In this document: positions 36,738 to 47,083 of the stretch, in pieces | Numbering within the stretch: position 1 is the first letter of the stretch | Layout: each line of letters opens with the position of its first letter | Source: Bacillota bacterium | Lineage (GTDB): Bacteria > Bacillota > Clostridia > Christensenellales > Pumilibacteraceae | Direction: 5' to 3' | NCBI GenBank assembly: GCA_009779975.1 | Contig: WRAY01000012.1 | Span: 1-64,000 of the forward strand | DNA length: 64,000 bases | The notes under the pieces: generated by a model | Told to the model about the DNA's origin: nothing | Databases searched by the model: none | The model's input: only the letters and a program-made list of their open reading frames with translations | Translations under genes and position numbers: made by a program

Positions 36738-36929
36738 AATTTTCAACGCATATAACGCATAATCATGACATATTTAGTAACAAAATCATTTTCTCATTTC
36801 CATCATATATTAGATATTAAGTGTAACTTTATAATTTTTATATAATCCAACTTAATGAACTATGAGCAAGCCATAACGGAGTGCTATATCACTGCTCTAA
36901 AAAACCTTAGCGACAAGGAGAAAACGAAT

Positions 36930-37613
36930 ATGACAAAACTAAAACCGTTGAGAATGCTCATCACAGCATGCATAGCGATTGTTATGTTATTTGCAGTTGT
37001 GACCTTTGCAGGATGCAACAACGACACATTGACCTTGAGAGACGAGGTCAACGCAGTAGGCACACAAGTCTACTACTTTCAAAATGGCGGCGAAGCAACG
37101 ATCGCTGACCTAGATGCTTTATTGGCGCAAATAGACGAACTTAAAGCCCGCATCAACGAACTAAATGCTGAGAACGCTGAACTGTTAGCAGAAATGGTAA
37201 AATTGAGACAGGAGGTGTATAATATGGTGGACACAATAGAAGCAGAACGCTTGAATGCAGATTTTGTGCTTAACATTACTGCGCAGTCTGCAACATTGCA
37301 ATTTGGGCAAAGCATTACGGTCACAGCAACTTTCAAAAACAATACCGATGAGCAAGTTGAATTAAGTCATTCTAGCGGGTGGATAATGCCGTCCATTGCT
37401 TATTGGTATCCACCTAGCGATAGTCGTTTAACGGTAATTGAACCCGATGAAATTATTACAATAGAATGGCAACTCGGAAGTCGCTTGCAAAGAGGTAGAC
37501 ATAATCTAATTGCTGAAGCGACTTTTCACACAATACAAAGGACAAATGGCAATGTAGTGTCATCGCAATCTTTTACAGTTGAATCAAACAAAATTGTACT
37601 AACAGTTGTCTAG
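36930..37613 (+). CDS. lipoprotein with coiled-coil and beta-sandwich region, unknown function
   Basis: RBS AAGGAG. MTKLKPLRMLITACIAIVMLFAVVTFAGCNN lipobox. Coiled coil LDALLAQIDELKARINELNAENAELLAEMVKLRQE. Confidence 0.6.
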   Translation: MTKLKPLRMLITACIAIVMLFAVVTFAGCNNDTLTLRDEVNAVGTQVYYFQNGGEATIADLDALLAQIDELKARINELNAENAELLAEMVKLRQEVYNMVDTIEAERLNADFVLNITAQSATLQFGQSITVTATFKNNTDEQVELSHSSGWIMPSIAYWYPPSDSRLTVIEPDEIITIEWQLGSRLQRGRHNLIAEATFHTIQRTNGNVVSSQSFTVESNKIVLTVV

Positions 37614-37659
37614 TAAAAGCGACAAGAAAATAGAAACAAACCCAAGGAGGTTTTTTTTC

Positions 37660-38328
37660 ATGAAAAAGAAAATTTTAGGAATAGCGGTTGCAATAGTTAT
37701 GCTATTTGCGGTTGCGGGGTTAGCGGCTTGCGAGTTGGATAACCCAACGCTTGCGGAGTACCAAGCTACTGCGAGGGTGGATTTAACAAACTATGCTAAC
37801 AGCAGAGGGCAAACCAATTTCACCATCGAGAATTGGGCGGTGATACAAGGTCATGTAACAACGGGCAAGGCGGCGATAGATGCGGCTGAAACTAAACCAG
37901 CGGTGCGAACAGCTCGTGATAACGCAAAAGCGGCGGTGAGGGCTGTTGAGCGGGAGAATAATGTGAACAATTACACAAGACATCCAAATTCGGTTGATAC
38001 TATTAACGCTGAATTAGAAAATCAATTGAGAAGAGGTATTATTGGAAGCGATTTTATCCAAGAATCATGGACATTTGATGATGTCTGGGTAGATGGTTTT
38101 TTTGGTATTTATAATGACAGTGTAGCGGTAATAATGGCTGGGGGCTTTCCTTTTCCAGGATTGATTACTCCTCTTGTAGTCGCAGGCAAGTATTTTTACT
38201 TTTCATCATCACCGGGGATATTGATATGGCATGATGGATATTTTATTCCATTGTTAAGAGCATATACAGATGGAGTTATTACACGGCAGTCGGTAGAAAA
38301 AATTTATTACTTATGGTCTCAAAGATAA
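37660..38328 (+). CDS. lipoprotein, unknown function
   Basis: RBS AAGGAGG. MKKKILGIAVAIVMLFAVAGLAACELD lipobox. Confidence 0.6.
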   Translation: MKKKILGIAVAIVMLFAVAGLAACELDNPTLAEYQATARVDLTNYANSRGQTNFTIENWAVIQGHVTTGKAAIDAAETKPAVRTARDNAKAAVRAVERENNVNNYTRHPNSVDTINAELENQLRRGIIGSDFIQESWTFDDVWVDGFFGIYNDSVAVIMAGGFPFPGLITPLVVAGKYFYFSSSPGILIWHDGYFIPLLRAYTDGVITRQSVEKIYYLWSQR

Positions 38329-38369
38329 CCATAAAACTAAAACAAAAAAACAAAAAGAGGTATTTTACA

Positions 38370-41054
38370 ATGGAAACTATAAACATCCAAAAGAAAGGAA
38401 AACTGAGCAAGAAGCTTATTATGCTAATTCTGCCACTGCTGTTAGTGGTGGCAGCGATTTTTGGGGTAATGACATCCCAAAATACAATTGCATTTGCATC
38501 AGGTCAAGATGCGCCAACGGAATTATTTGCAGAGCAGAGAGTCACTTCTCGTGTTTCGCTGGAAGATAGTTTTTGTGACAATACGATAATTGTCACATTG
38601 ACTGGACAAGCTACAAGGCAATTTTTGCAATACACGCCTGAAAGTTTTCCGGAAATTGATGCTGTTTTTGTTAGTGATTTGACGGCAGCTACAGTTGGCT
38701 ATGCACAAAGAGAAATCACGGGGAATAGTTCATTGTTTGCAGAGGAACAAGTTCAACCAATGGGAATGAGCATCATGAGTGGTCAAAGCGTTCAAAATAT
38801 TTCTATGTTGACGGATACGGAAGTATTTAGGCGGATTTTACTTATCGGACTAACACAACATTGCAGACAAAATGTACTTAGTTCTATAAGAATTTTAGAG
38901 CAACGAAGTGATATTTTGGCGGCAGAGGTAAATCTGTTAATTGAACCGCCTAGTCGTGAACCAAACGACCCCGGCTTTACTAATCGCAATTTTGCTCCAG
39001 TAGACCATTGGGCATTAAGGAATATGTCACTACCGGGTGCTTGGAGTTTTACTACAGGTAGTAGTGCTGTAGTTGTCGGAGTTATAGATACGGGGATAAA
39101 CTTTATTGGAGATTTGGCAAATAGGAGAGACTCTAGAGCAAATGTTCATAGGCATTTTTTGACTGCAAATGCAGCACTAGGCACGGTGGAAGTTCCGCAA
39201 GATGTTGATGTTACAGCAACAAGAAATGGTCATGGCACACAAACAGCATCTATAATCGGAGCAGCGGGCAACACTGGTGCGGGAATGACAGGAATTAACT
39301 GGGATGTGAGAATGGCTTCGTTAAGGGTGTATAATCCACCTACAGCTCAAAACCCTTGGGCAGGCGGAAATGTAGGTGGTTTAATCCGTGCGATAAATTT
39401 TGCCGCTAGCGTAAATATGCCTATCATTTATATGGGTTTTCAAGCAGAGCGTGTTCACATGGGCAACAATCAAGCTACTGGATTGAGAACTGCAATGAAT
39501 GCATATACGGGATTAAAGATTAGTGCGGCGGGCAATCATGGAAATAACATTGACATAGAGCAAGTAAATTTGACTGGCGGAGCACCTTCTTTTCCTGCAA
39601 GCATTAGAAACAATAGGCATATTGCAGTTGGTGCTATTGATAGAAATGGAAACCGTGCCGTTTGGGCTGGTGGGCAAAGCTCTAATTTTGGAGCGCAATC
39701 AGTTCATGTTTGGGCATATGGTGCGAATGGGGTATTATCCATAAATGCACATGGAAATTTTGCTGGTTTTGGAGGAACTTCGGCTGCTGGTCCGTTAGTA
39801 ACAGGAGTCGCAGCTCTGCTGTTGTCGATAGACCTAACTTTGACACCTCAACAAATCAAAGCAGCAATACTAAACAATGTAGACGATTTGCCAAATATAA
39901 ACGGAATTAGCGTAACCGATGGACGAGTTAATGCACACAGAGCAGCAGCAAGCCTTGCTTTTAGAACAACTAATATTGGGGCAAACAATATCAGAATTGA
40001 CGGGCTTCGTCATGGGTTTACCCTGCCTGCAAATACAAGTTTGAATATCCCAGAACGCATAAATGGTCGAAATGTAACGGAAATCGGGGCATCTGCCTTC
40101 GCAAATCAGACTTTTTTGTCTACAATCACTCTACCCAGCACAGTAACTCATATTGCGGGCAATGCTTTTTTAGATACGAATATTGATTGGAAAAATTTGC
40201 TGTTTGCTGTTTCTAATTCGGGCGAAACAATAATGGGGACAAACTATATTCTTACTGACGAGGTATATGTTCCACATGGAGTAACGGAAATTGGAGTGCG
40301 TGCGTTTCAAAACAATAATTATGTTACTGAAATATCCATTCCAAGCACAGTGACTAATATTGGTAGCAATGCTTTTGTAAACATGCATGTTCATATAATT
40401 TTTGCAGAAGGCAGAACAGAAATTCAAGCGGGATTACTGCGAAATCAGCATGGTATTGCATATGTGGAAATACCAAACACTGTTGTCTTAATTGGAAATA
40501 ATGCCTTTCAAAGATCTGTGAGAGATAATATCATACCAAAAATTATAATCCCATATAGTGTGACAACTATTGAATCTAATGCATTTCAAGGTTGGCTTCC
40601 GGAGCAGACCATATTCATTGAAGGACGCTATAGAACTCCTTCCGGCTTTTGTTTAACTTGGAGTGGAAATGCGACGGTTGAACTTGAATTGACCGGGTTT
40701 TTTCTTCACAGAATTCATTTTCAAATGTTTGAAGGAGTGTTCCTTATGCCGCTGTTTATTGGACGGCCGATTCTGCCGCCGCCCGGAGCCGATGTGGTAA
40801 CAGGTATTATAGAATTTTATTCATCTAATCCTTATCAATATGGTCCTTTAGGATTATTTAGTAAATTTAATGGGCAAACAATAAATATTTGGAGTGGATT
40901 TTTTAGTGGCGGAATGCTGGGTGCATCAATAAATTCCTTGCATTTTCATGGCGGGCGTTCAGTGTCTGCTATGTTTAATTCCATAGTTCTTTTTTACTCT
41001 TCCAGCACACATATGCAATATTTAAGTTATTCAATATACTCATTATTTATTTAG
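38370..41054 (+). CDS. secreted subtilisin-like (S8) serine peptidase with C-terminal BspA-type leucine-rich repeats
   Basis: Signal/TM at the N-terminus. Catalytic triad context VGVIDTGINFIGD (Asp), HGTQTASIIGAAGN (His), GTSAAGPLVTGVAALLLS (Ser). Repeated ISIPSTVTNIGSNAF / IPYSVTTIESNAF segments are LRRs. Confidence 0.7.
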   Translation: METINIQKKGKLSKKLIMLILPLLLVVAAIFGVMTSQNTIAFASGQDAPTELFAEQRVTSRVSLEDSFCDNTIIVTLTGQATRQFLQYTPESFPEIDAVFVSDLTAATVGYAQREITGNSSLFAEEQVQPMGMSIMSGQSVQNISMLTDTEVFRRILLIGLTQHCRQNVLSSIRILEQRSDILAAEVNLLIEPPSREPNDPGFTNRNFAPVDHWALRNMSLPGAWSFTTGSSAVVVGVIDTGINFIGDLANRRDSRANVHRHFLTANAALGTVEVPQDVDVTATRNGHGTQTASIIGAAGNTGAGMTGINWDVRMASLRVYNPPTAQNPWAGGNVGGLIRAINFAASVNMPIIYMGFQAERVHMGNNQATGLRTAMNAYTGLKISAAGNHGNNIDIEQVNLTGGAPSFPASIRNNRHIAVGAIDRNGNRAVWAGGQSSNFGAQSVHVWAYGANGVLSINAHGNFAGFGGTSAAGPLVTGVAALLLSIDLTLTPQQIKAAILNNVDDLPNINGISVTDGRVNAHRAAASLAFRTTNIGANNIRIDGLRHGFTLPANTSLNIPERINGRNVTEIGASAFANQTFLSTITLPSTVTHIAGNAFLDTNIDWKNLLFAVSNSGETIMGTNYILTDEVYVPHGVTEIGVRAFQNNNYVTEISIPSTVTNIGSNAFVNMHVHIIFAEGRTEIQAGLLRNQHGIAYVEIPNTVVLIGNNAFQRSVRDNIIPKIIIPYSVTTIESNAFQGWLPEQTIFIEGRYRTPSGFCLTWSGNATVELELTGFFLHRIHFQMFEGVFLMPLFIGRPILPPPGADVVTGIIEFYSSNPYQYGPLGLFSKFNGQTINIWSGFFSGGMLGASINSLHFHGGRSVSAMFNSIVLFYSSSTHMQYLSYSIYSLFI

Positions 41055-41087
41055 TATTGCTTAAATATCTTAATAAAATATAATAGA

Positions 41088-42176
41088 ATGTTAGACGAAC
41101 AAAAACAACTCTTAAAAAATCTCTCTGAAAAACTCGAATTGGTGGCAAATTCTCGTGTCACCTTTTTGACTATGCGAAAAGCGGAGTTGGACATTGAGCA
41201 GCAAAATCCTGACCTTTTTAAGGACATGAAAAAGGCGCAAAAAGTTTTGAAAGAGGCAAAGTTTGTTGAAACAGAACTAACAAAACTATTTTTTTCACAA
41301 AACGAATTAAAAGACTGTTTTGATTTTATTGATTTTTTAGACAGTGAACATGATGAATCATTATTTAATGAACTAAAAGAAAAAACAAAAAAACTCGAAA
41401 AACAAATTGATGAATTGTATTTAGCGCTTCTTTTAAAAGGCGAATTTGACAGTTTAAACGCAATAATGACTATCCACAGCGGAGCAGGCGGAACTGAATC
41501 TTGTGATTGGGTCGGAATGCTTTATCGAATGTTTAAAATGTATGCCGGCAGAGAAGGATATGAATTTGAAGAACTGGATTTCTTGGCAGGGGATGAGGCA
41601 GGCTACAAATCAGTGACATTTTCAATCAAAGGTCAAAATGCTTATGGCTATCTAAAAGCAGAAAAAGGTGTCCACCGCCTCGTGAGAATTTCACCGTTTG
41701 ACTCAGGCGCTCGCCGTCACACATCCTTTGCTTCAGTCGAGGTAATGCCCGAGATTGAGGATGATGAGAGAATAACAGTAAAAGATGATGAATTAAAAAT
41801 CGACACCTTCCGTGCAGGCGGAGCAGGGGGGCAGCATGTCAATAAAACCGAAAGTGCAGTGAGAATAACTCATATTCCGACAGGGATTGTTGTCGCTTGC
41901 CAAAATGAAAGAAGCCAGATCTATAATCGTGAGTCTGCAATGAAAATGCTCTATTCAAAATTAGCCGAAAGACGGGAGATTGAAAACGAACAAAAAGCAA
42001 AAGGCATTCAAGGTGAATTGAAAAAAATAGAATGGGGCTCGCAAATCCGCTCTTATGTTTTTTGCCCCTATCAAATGGTAAAAGACCACCGAACAGGACA
42101 TGAAACTTCAAATGTCGACAGCGTAATGAACGGGGAAGTAAAGCCGTTTATTGAGGAATACTTGAAAAAGAGTTAG
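41088..42176 (+). CDS. prfB: peptide chain release factor 2
   Basis: SPF motif (RISPFDSGARRHTSFASVEV) and GGQ motif (AGGAGGQHVNKTESAVRITHIPTGI). The ORF is contiguous; no CTTTGAC shifty site was seen. Confidence 0.85.
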   Translation: MLDEQKQLLKNLSEKLELVANSRVTFLTMRKAELDIEQQNPDLFKDMKKAQKVLKEAKFVETELTKLFFSQNELKDCFDFIDFLDSEHDESLFNELKEKTKKLEKQIDELYLALLLKGEFDSLNAIMTIHSGAGGTESCDWVGMLYRMFKMYAGREGYEFEELDFLAGDEAGYKSVTFSIKGQNAYGYLKAEKGVHRLVRISPFDSGARRHTSFASVEVMPEIEDDERITVKDDELKIDTFRAGGAGGQHVNKTESAVRITHIPTGIVVACQNERSQIYNRESAMKMLYSKLAERREIENEQKAKGIQGELKKIEWGSQIRSYVFCPYQMVKDHRTGHETSNVDSVMNGEVKPFIEEYLKKS

Positions 42177-42265
42177 AAAATAAGTTAAAAGTGAAAATTG
42201 AAATGTGAAAAGTAAGGTTGAGTTATTTAAAAATAATTTAACAACACTTTTCGCTTCCATTTAAG

Positions 42266-43378
42266 ATGAACTACGAACAAACAACATTTCAAAAATTTCA
42301 AAACTTAAAAATTGCCAAAGATGTAGTCATACTTGGCATTGAGACTTCGTGTGATGAAACGAGTGTATCTGTTGTGAAAAATGGGAGAGAGATGCTCTCA
42401 AATGTAATCTCAAGTCAAATTGAAATCCATCGTCGTTTTGGAGGAGTTGTTCCTGAAATTGCTTCACGAAATCATGTGATGGCGATTAACTCAGTTATCG
42501 ACGAAGCCTTGGCGAAAGCAAACCTGAAACTCACTGACATTGACGCAATAGGCGTCACCTATGCTCCGGGGCTTTTAGGAGCGCTTATCGTTGGAGTGTC
42601 CGCTGCAAAAGCACTATCCTATGCCCTAAATATCCCTCTAATAAAAGTAAATCATATCCATGCTCATGTTTTTGCAAACTACATTGAACATCACGATTTA
42701 GTGCCGCCATTTTTATCAATAGTAGCCTCGGGCGGTCACACAATCATTGCAAATGTAGAAACACACAACGACTTTGAAATCTTGGGACAAACAACGGACG
42801 ATGCAATAGGCGAAGCCTTCGACAAAGTAGCAAGAGTTTTGGGTCTACCATATCCGGGAGGACCTGAAATTGAAAAACACGCTCGGCTCGGTGTGCCTAA
42901 CATAGATTTTTTCAAAACAAAAAAAGGAACAAAAAAAGACCTGAATCTCAGTTACTCAGGACTAAAAACAGCCGTTATTAATTATGTTAATACCCAAAAG
43001 CAGGGATTAAGTGTCAAGTGTCAAATGTTAGATGGCATAAAAATAACTGAAACCTGTAATCTGAAACCTCAAAGCCTGCAAAATATCTGTGCCTCATTCC
43101 AAAGAGTAAGCGTTGATATTCTCCTAAGCGCAGTCAAAGCCGCCATCAAAAAAAACTCCTCAAAAACAATAGTTCTTGCAGGAGGAGTTGCAGCGAACTC
43201 ATTTTTAAAAGAAAGTCTTGCCTTATTGTGCGATGAGAATAACATTTCACTAAAATACCCATCTCCAATTCTCTGCACCGACAACGGCGCAATGATAGCC
43301 TCAAATGCCTATTTCCTTTTAAAAGAAGGAAAAGGACTAACAGATTTTACTCTAAACGCCAAAGCGAATTTGCAGTGA
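42266..43378 (+). CDS. tsaD: tRNA N6-adenosine threonylcarbamoyltransferase TsaD (Kae1/Gcp family)
   Basis: ILGIETSCDETSVSVV...VPEIASRNH...GVTYAPGLLGALIVGVSAAKALSYALNIPLIKVNHIHAH. An insertion of about 40 aa sits around KKGTKKDLNLSYSG. Confidence 0.8.
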   Translation: MNYEQTTFQKFQNLKIAKDVVILGIETSCDETSVSVVKNGREMLSNVISSQIEIHRRFGGVVPEIASRNHVMAINSVIDEALAKANLKLTDIDAIGVTYAPGLLGALIVGVSAAKALSYALNIPLIKVNHIHAHVFANYIEHHDLVPPFLSIVASGGHTIIANVETHNDFEILGQTTDDAIGEAFDKVARVLGLPYPGGPEIEKHARLGVPNIDFFKTKKGTKKDLNLSYSGLKTAVINYVNTQKQGLSVKCQMLDGIKITETCNLKPQSLQNICASFQRVSVDILLSAVKAAIKKNSSKTIVLAGGVAANSFLKESLALLCDENNISLKYPSPILCTDNGAMIASNAYFLLKEGKGLTDFTLNAKANLQ

Positions 43379-43474
43379 TGATGTCAAAAAATTTTTGAGA
43401 GTGCTGAATTTCTGTTGATTTTAGCACCACTAAAATTTAAATAAATGGCTGTCGATTGTGGCAGCCATTTTGAT

Positions 43475-44464
43475 TTATTCTTCATCAACTTCTTGTGAGC
43501 GCATTTCAATGACTGCGTTGAACATAGATTTTCTTAGTGTCTTTGTTTCTTCGCTAAGGGTTGAATGAGTAGGGGAGTGTTCGGTTTCAAAAGTAAAATT
43601 TGGAGTGACAAGTCCGTTTTCGATTGTTTTATCTGTTTCAAGATTTTCTTCGTCTGCTATTGTGACCGTTTCTCTTTTAAACAAATCTGCAACTGTGATA
43701 TCGGGGTGCTTGTAGAAGTGTTTTGATTCCGGATGAATCCTTGCGAATTTAATCGCTTTTTGCGGACACAGTTGCATGCAGCCTTGACAACCGTCACATT
43801 TTTTAGAGTGTATTTTCGCAGCATCATTTTCAATACTTATTGCTTTTGGCGGGCAAACTCTATAGCATATTCCGCAGCCGTTGCAACTATTTAAAACTTT
43901 ATATCGACTTGCAATCAATCTCGCTGCTCTACGATAAACAAAAGAAACGAAAAACGACTCGGGTCTAAGCAGACATCTGCTGTTTTGTCTTTTTTCTTTT
44001 ATATCTTCAATAATTTTACTTGTTAACTTTTTCTGGTTTTCACACAATGCTTTAATTTTTTCTTCATTCGGAAGTTTGAACATATGAACAAAATTCTCAA
44101 CACATTTTAATCCCATGGTGTAATGTGTTTTGCATTTTCTTCTTTTTAGTAACCTTATCGCTTCGCTTAACGCCCCTCCGTGCTTTGAACCGATTGTTCC
44201 GATAACTGCCATATATTCAACCGAAAACGATGAATTCTTAATCCACCTCTTCATAGTTTTAGGCATAGCATAAGCATAAACAGGAAAAACAATAACACAA
44301 ACTTCTGCCTCAATATGCTGACAAGATTCTGATAATTCCTCAGTGATAAAAATAACATTAGCATCTAACTCATCAGCAATCATTTTTGCTGACACTAGTG
44401 AATTGCCGGTTCCGGAATAGCAAAAAACTTTCGCTTTTTTATTTTCTAATAATGATTTTTCCAT
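43475..44464 (-). CDS. flavodoxin-like domain plus 2x[4Fe-4S] ferredoxin protein (EFR1-like)
   Basis: N-terminus KVFCYSGTGNSLVSAKMIADEL is a flavodoxin nucleotide loop. Two CxxCxxCxxxCP motifs (CNGCGICYRVCP, CDGCQGCMQLCP). Confidence 0.7.
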   Translation of the reverse strand: MEKSLLENKKAKVFCYSGTGNSLVSAKMIADELDANVIFITEELSESCQHIEAEVCVIVFPVYAYAMPKTMKRWIKNSSFSVEYMAVIGTIGSKHGGALSEAIRLLKRRKCKTHYTMGLKCVENFVHMFKLPNEEKIKALCENQKKLTSKIIEDIKEKRQNSRCLLRPESFFVSFVYRRAARLIASRYKVLNSCNGCGICYRVCPPKAISIENDAAKIHSKKCDGCQGCMQLCPQKAIKFARIHPESKHFYKHPDITVADLFKRETVTIADEENLETDKTIENGLVTPNFTFETEHSPTHSTLSEETKTLRKSMFNAVIEMRSQEVDEE

Positions 44465-44617
44465 AATTGCCTACATTTTATCACGCCGGCAAAAATTTAG
44501 CAAGCAATTCGTTTTCAAAATCTGCTAAATGTTGTTAAAAATCCTTGCAATGGGTGAGATTATTTGCTATAATAGGAAATACTAAAGTAGTCTAACAAAA
44601 GACAGGAGTTTAAAAAC

Positions 44618-46972
44618 ATGAATATATTTTCATTTGCAGGCATCAATAATCAAGGCGCAGACATCGCCTTTTGGATAATTTTTATGGTGTTGACAGTTGC
44701 GGCTTTTGCTTTGATTGTGCATTTCATCACAAAATTTATCTATCTCAAAAAAGATGCAAAACCAAAAAAGGCTGAACCATCAGAGGTTGGAAAAGTTGAA
44801 GTTGAAACAACTGAGGATAAGCCAAAAAAGAAAGTTGTAAATCAATCAGTAGAAGAAGACAAAATCGAAGAAAAAATCGAAGTTGAAACAAACGACGGCG
44901 AAAATAATAAAGAAGAGATTGCATTGGAAGAGACAGTGACGGTCGAAGTCTCAACTCATGCAGAAGAGATAACTGCAGGGGATGCCGCCCTCGGCGTCCA
45001 GCAAGAGCAAACCCAAGAACCCGAGACTGCTCCAATAGTCGAAGTAACTTCCGAACCCGAAGTTGCTCCGGCGGTCGAACCTGTCGCTATCGAAGAGATA
45101 ATTCCCGAGTTAGCAACAGAGCCTGTTCCGGTGGTGGAACCAACTCCCGAGATTGCTGTTGAACCAACTCCTGCAGAAGAGATAACTGTAGGGGACTCTG
45201 CCCTCGATGTCCCGCAAGAGCAAACTCAAGAACCAGAGACTGCTTCAATAGTCGAAGTAACCTCCAAACCCGAAGTTGCTCCGGCGGTTGAACCTGCCGC
45301 TATCGAAGAGATAACTCCCGAACCAACTCCTGTAGTTGAGTCTATGGCGGCGGAAACAACTCCTAAACCAACACCCGAGCCTATAGGGACAGCAGAACCA
45401 ATTCCTGTAGTTGCTCCGTCAGTCGAGCCGACCACTGACCACCAACCACTAACCGCCAATTCAGGTGCGGCAGCCATTGCAATCGACACCACTCTCGAGA
45501 GCGAAACTTTTGTTGATGATATAAAGATAAAAACAAAAGAAAAAGTTGAAAAGCAAAAGTCAAACCAACTCAATATTGGGATTTTGCTTGGTGCAACGCT
45601 TGGTCTTGGTCTAATCCTTCGCCTGATTTTCACTTTCGTTGTGACTGGCTACAGAAATGATTATGGCGACATGTGGATTTTCAACAGATTTATGATTGCC
45701 ATGCAAAACGGCAACATGACAACAACATTTGAGCGTTATGGCATCTATCCTTTCACTGCTCTTATGTTCATGATATTCGGCGGTATCGGAAACGCAGCAA
45801 GCGTTGATATGAACTCACTCGGCTTTCCGCTGTTGTTTAAACTCCCATTTATCATTGCAGATTTAATCACAGCATTTATTTTATTCAGGGCTGCAAAAAA
45901 ATATATCAATGCTCCGACAGGTTTAATTTTTGCCGCTATCATTATGTTCTTCCCGCTCTTTATTTTCGCCTCAAGCATTTGGGGAAGCGTGTTCAGTATC
46001 TACATGATGTTCCTCGTCTTAACTTTCTACCTCATTGCAAAGAAAAACTATATCGGTGTAATTTTCGTAAACTCGCTTGCACTATTGACAACTCGTGATG
46101 CACTATATATTTGGTCAGTCGTAATGATTTTTATCATTGTTGCACTCGTCAGATATGCCATTATGGTCAAGCACGCAAAACCAAAGGATTTTGGCGAGTT
46201 GATGCGTGACAAACAAAAAAGAAATGTTGTTTTGATTCCGGCGGCGCTTTTGGGAAGTTTGATATTCATGTATTTGCTCAGCCTTCCGGTCACAGCAGGA
46301 ACATCTGCAAATCCTTTTGTTTGGTTCTATAACATGTTCCTCTATCCTCTTGGGGCAATTAACAATTTTGGAACAAACGCGCTCAACATCTTTAACTTGT
46401 TCTTAAGAAACGGCTCAGAATTTACCGCTCCTATTGTTATCTTCAGCGTTTTGTTTGCGGTCGTTGTTGTTGCACTCGTTCTTTTAATCTATCTTTCCCG
46501 CAAAAACCGTGCGAATCTTTCATTCCTTGCGGCATTTATTCTAATTACGCTCTCAATCTTCTTTATGGGCTTTGGTGCAATGAACCTCGTCGCACCGCTA
46601 GGATTGCTCCTCTTATCTTTCATTCTAATAAAAGACAAGCGAATTTTGAAAGTTTTCGGACTAATCAGTTTTGCAGTTCTTTTTAACGGCTTTGCAGTAA
46701 TGGCTAGTGCAGGATATTTGAACAACCTTGGACCAAATTATTTCACAGGTTCGGACTACACCGGTATTCCAATCCTAAACACTCAGCGTCCGCACTATAA
46801 CACAGGCGGCTTTATGGCAATCTCAATCATAGCCTCAGTTATTGTTATTTTGACATTTGCATATGCTGTCCTAATCCTGCTTGACATTTCAATGTCAGAC
46901 AGAAGAAGGCTATTAAAGAGTCCGCAAAACGGAAAATTCAAAGAGTCAATAATTAACTTTTTAAAAAAATAA
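44618..46972 (+). CDS. polytopic membrane protein with N-terminal TM, tandem acidic P/E/T/V-rich ~80-aa repeats and a C-terminal multi-TM domain (possible GT-C-like glycosyltransferase)
   Basis: Two long tandem repeats EEIT(A/V)GD(A/S)AL(G/D)V(Q/P)QEQTQEPETA.IVEVTS.PEVAPAVEP.AIEEI. The DNA has near-identical copies at 44940-45180 and 45180-45420. They are followed by at least 12 predicted TM helices. Confidence 0.6.
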   Translation: MNIFSFAGINNQGADIAFWIIFMVLTVAAFALIVHFITKFIYLKKDAKPKKAEPSEVGKVEVETTEDKPKKKVVNQSVEEDKIEEKIEVETNDGENNKEEIALEETVTVEVSTHAEEITAGDAALGVQQEQTQEPETAPIVEVTSEPEVAPAVEPVAIEEIIPELATEPVPVVEPTPEIAVEPTPAEEITVGDSALDVPQEQTQEPETASIVEVTSKPEVAPAVEPAAIEEITPEPTPVVESMAAETTPKPTPEPIGTAEPIPVVAPSVEPTTDHQPLTANSGAAAIAIDTTLESETFVDDIKIKTKEKVEKQKSNQLNIGILLGATLGLGLILRLIFTFVVTGYRNDYGDMWIFNRFMIAMQNGNMTTTFERYGIYPFTALMFMIFGGIGNAASVDMNSLGFPLLFKLPFIIADLITAFILFRAAKKYINAPTGLIFAAIIMFFPLFIFASSIWGSVFSIYMMFLVLTFYLIAKKNYIGVIFVNSLALLTTRDALYIWSVVMIFIIVALVRYAIMVKHAKPKDFGELMRDKQKRNVVLIPAALLGSLIFMYLLSLPVTAGTSANPFVWFYNMFLYPLGAINNFGTNALNIFNLFLRNGSEFTAPIVIFSVLFAVVVVALVLLIYLSRKNRANLSFLAAFILITLSIFFMGFGAMNLVAPLGLLLLSFILIKDKRILKVFGLISFAVLFNGFAVMASAGYLNNLGPNYFTGSDYTGIPILNTQRPHYNTGGFMAISIIASVIVILTFAYAVLILLDISMSDRRRLLKSPQNGKFKESIINFLKK

Positions 46973-46979
46973 ACTTATT

Positions 46980-47071
46980 CAACGCACAATGCTCAACGCA
47001 TAACGATTGTTAGAATTATTTTATCTAAATCCTATCCTTCATTATGCGTTATGCGTTTAGTGCTATGCGTT
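46980..47071. repeat. inverted-repeat element, family D
   Basis: CAACGCACAATGCTCAACGCATAACGATTGTTAGAATT ... CATTATGCGTTATGCGTTTAGTGCTATGCGTTG. The loop GATTGTTAGAATT is shared with 24567. Confidence 0.55.
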
Positions 47072-47083
47072 GCAAAAGGAAAT

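Noticed and set aside
41088-41200. Programmed +1 frameshift in prfB
   Set aside because: I looked for CTT TGA C and an upstream frame-0 mini-ORF. Only an out-of-frame CTTTTTGAC is present and the ORF is contiguous, so I annotated it as unshifted.
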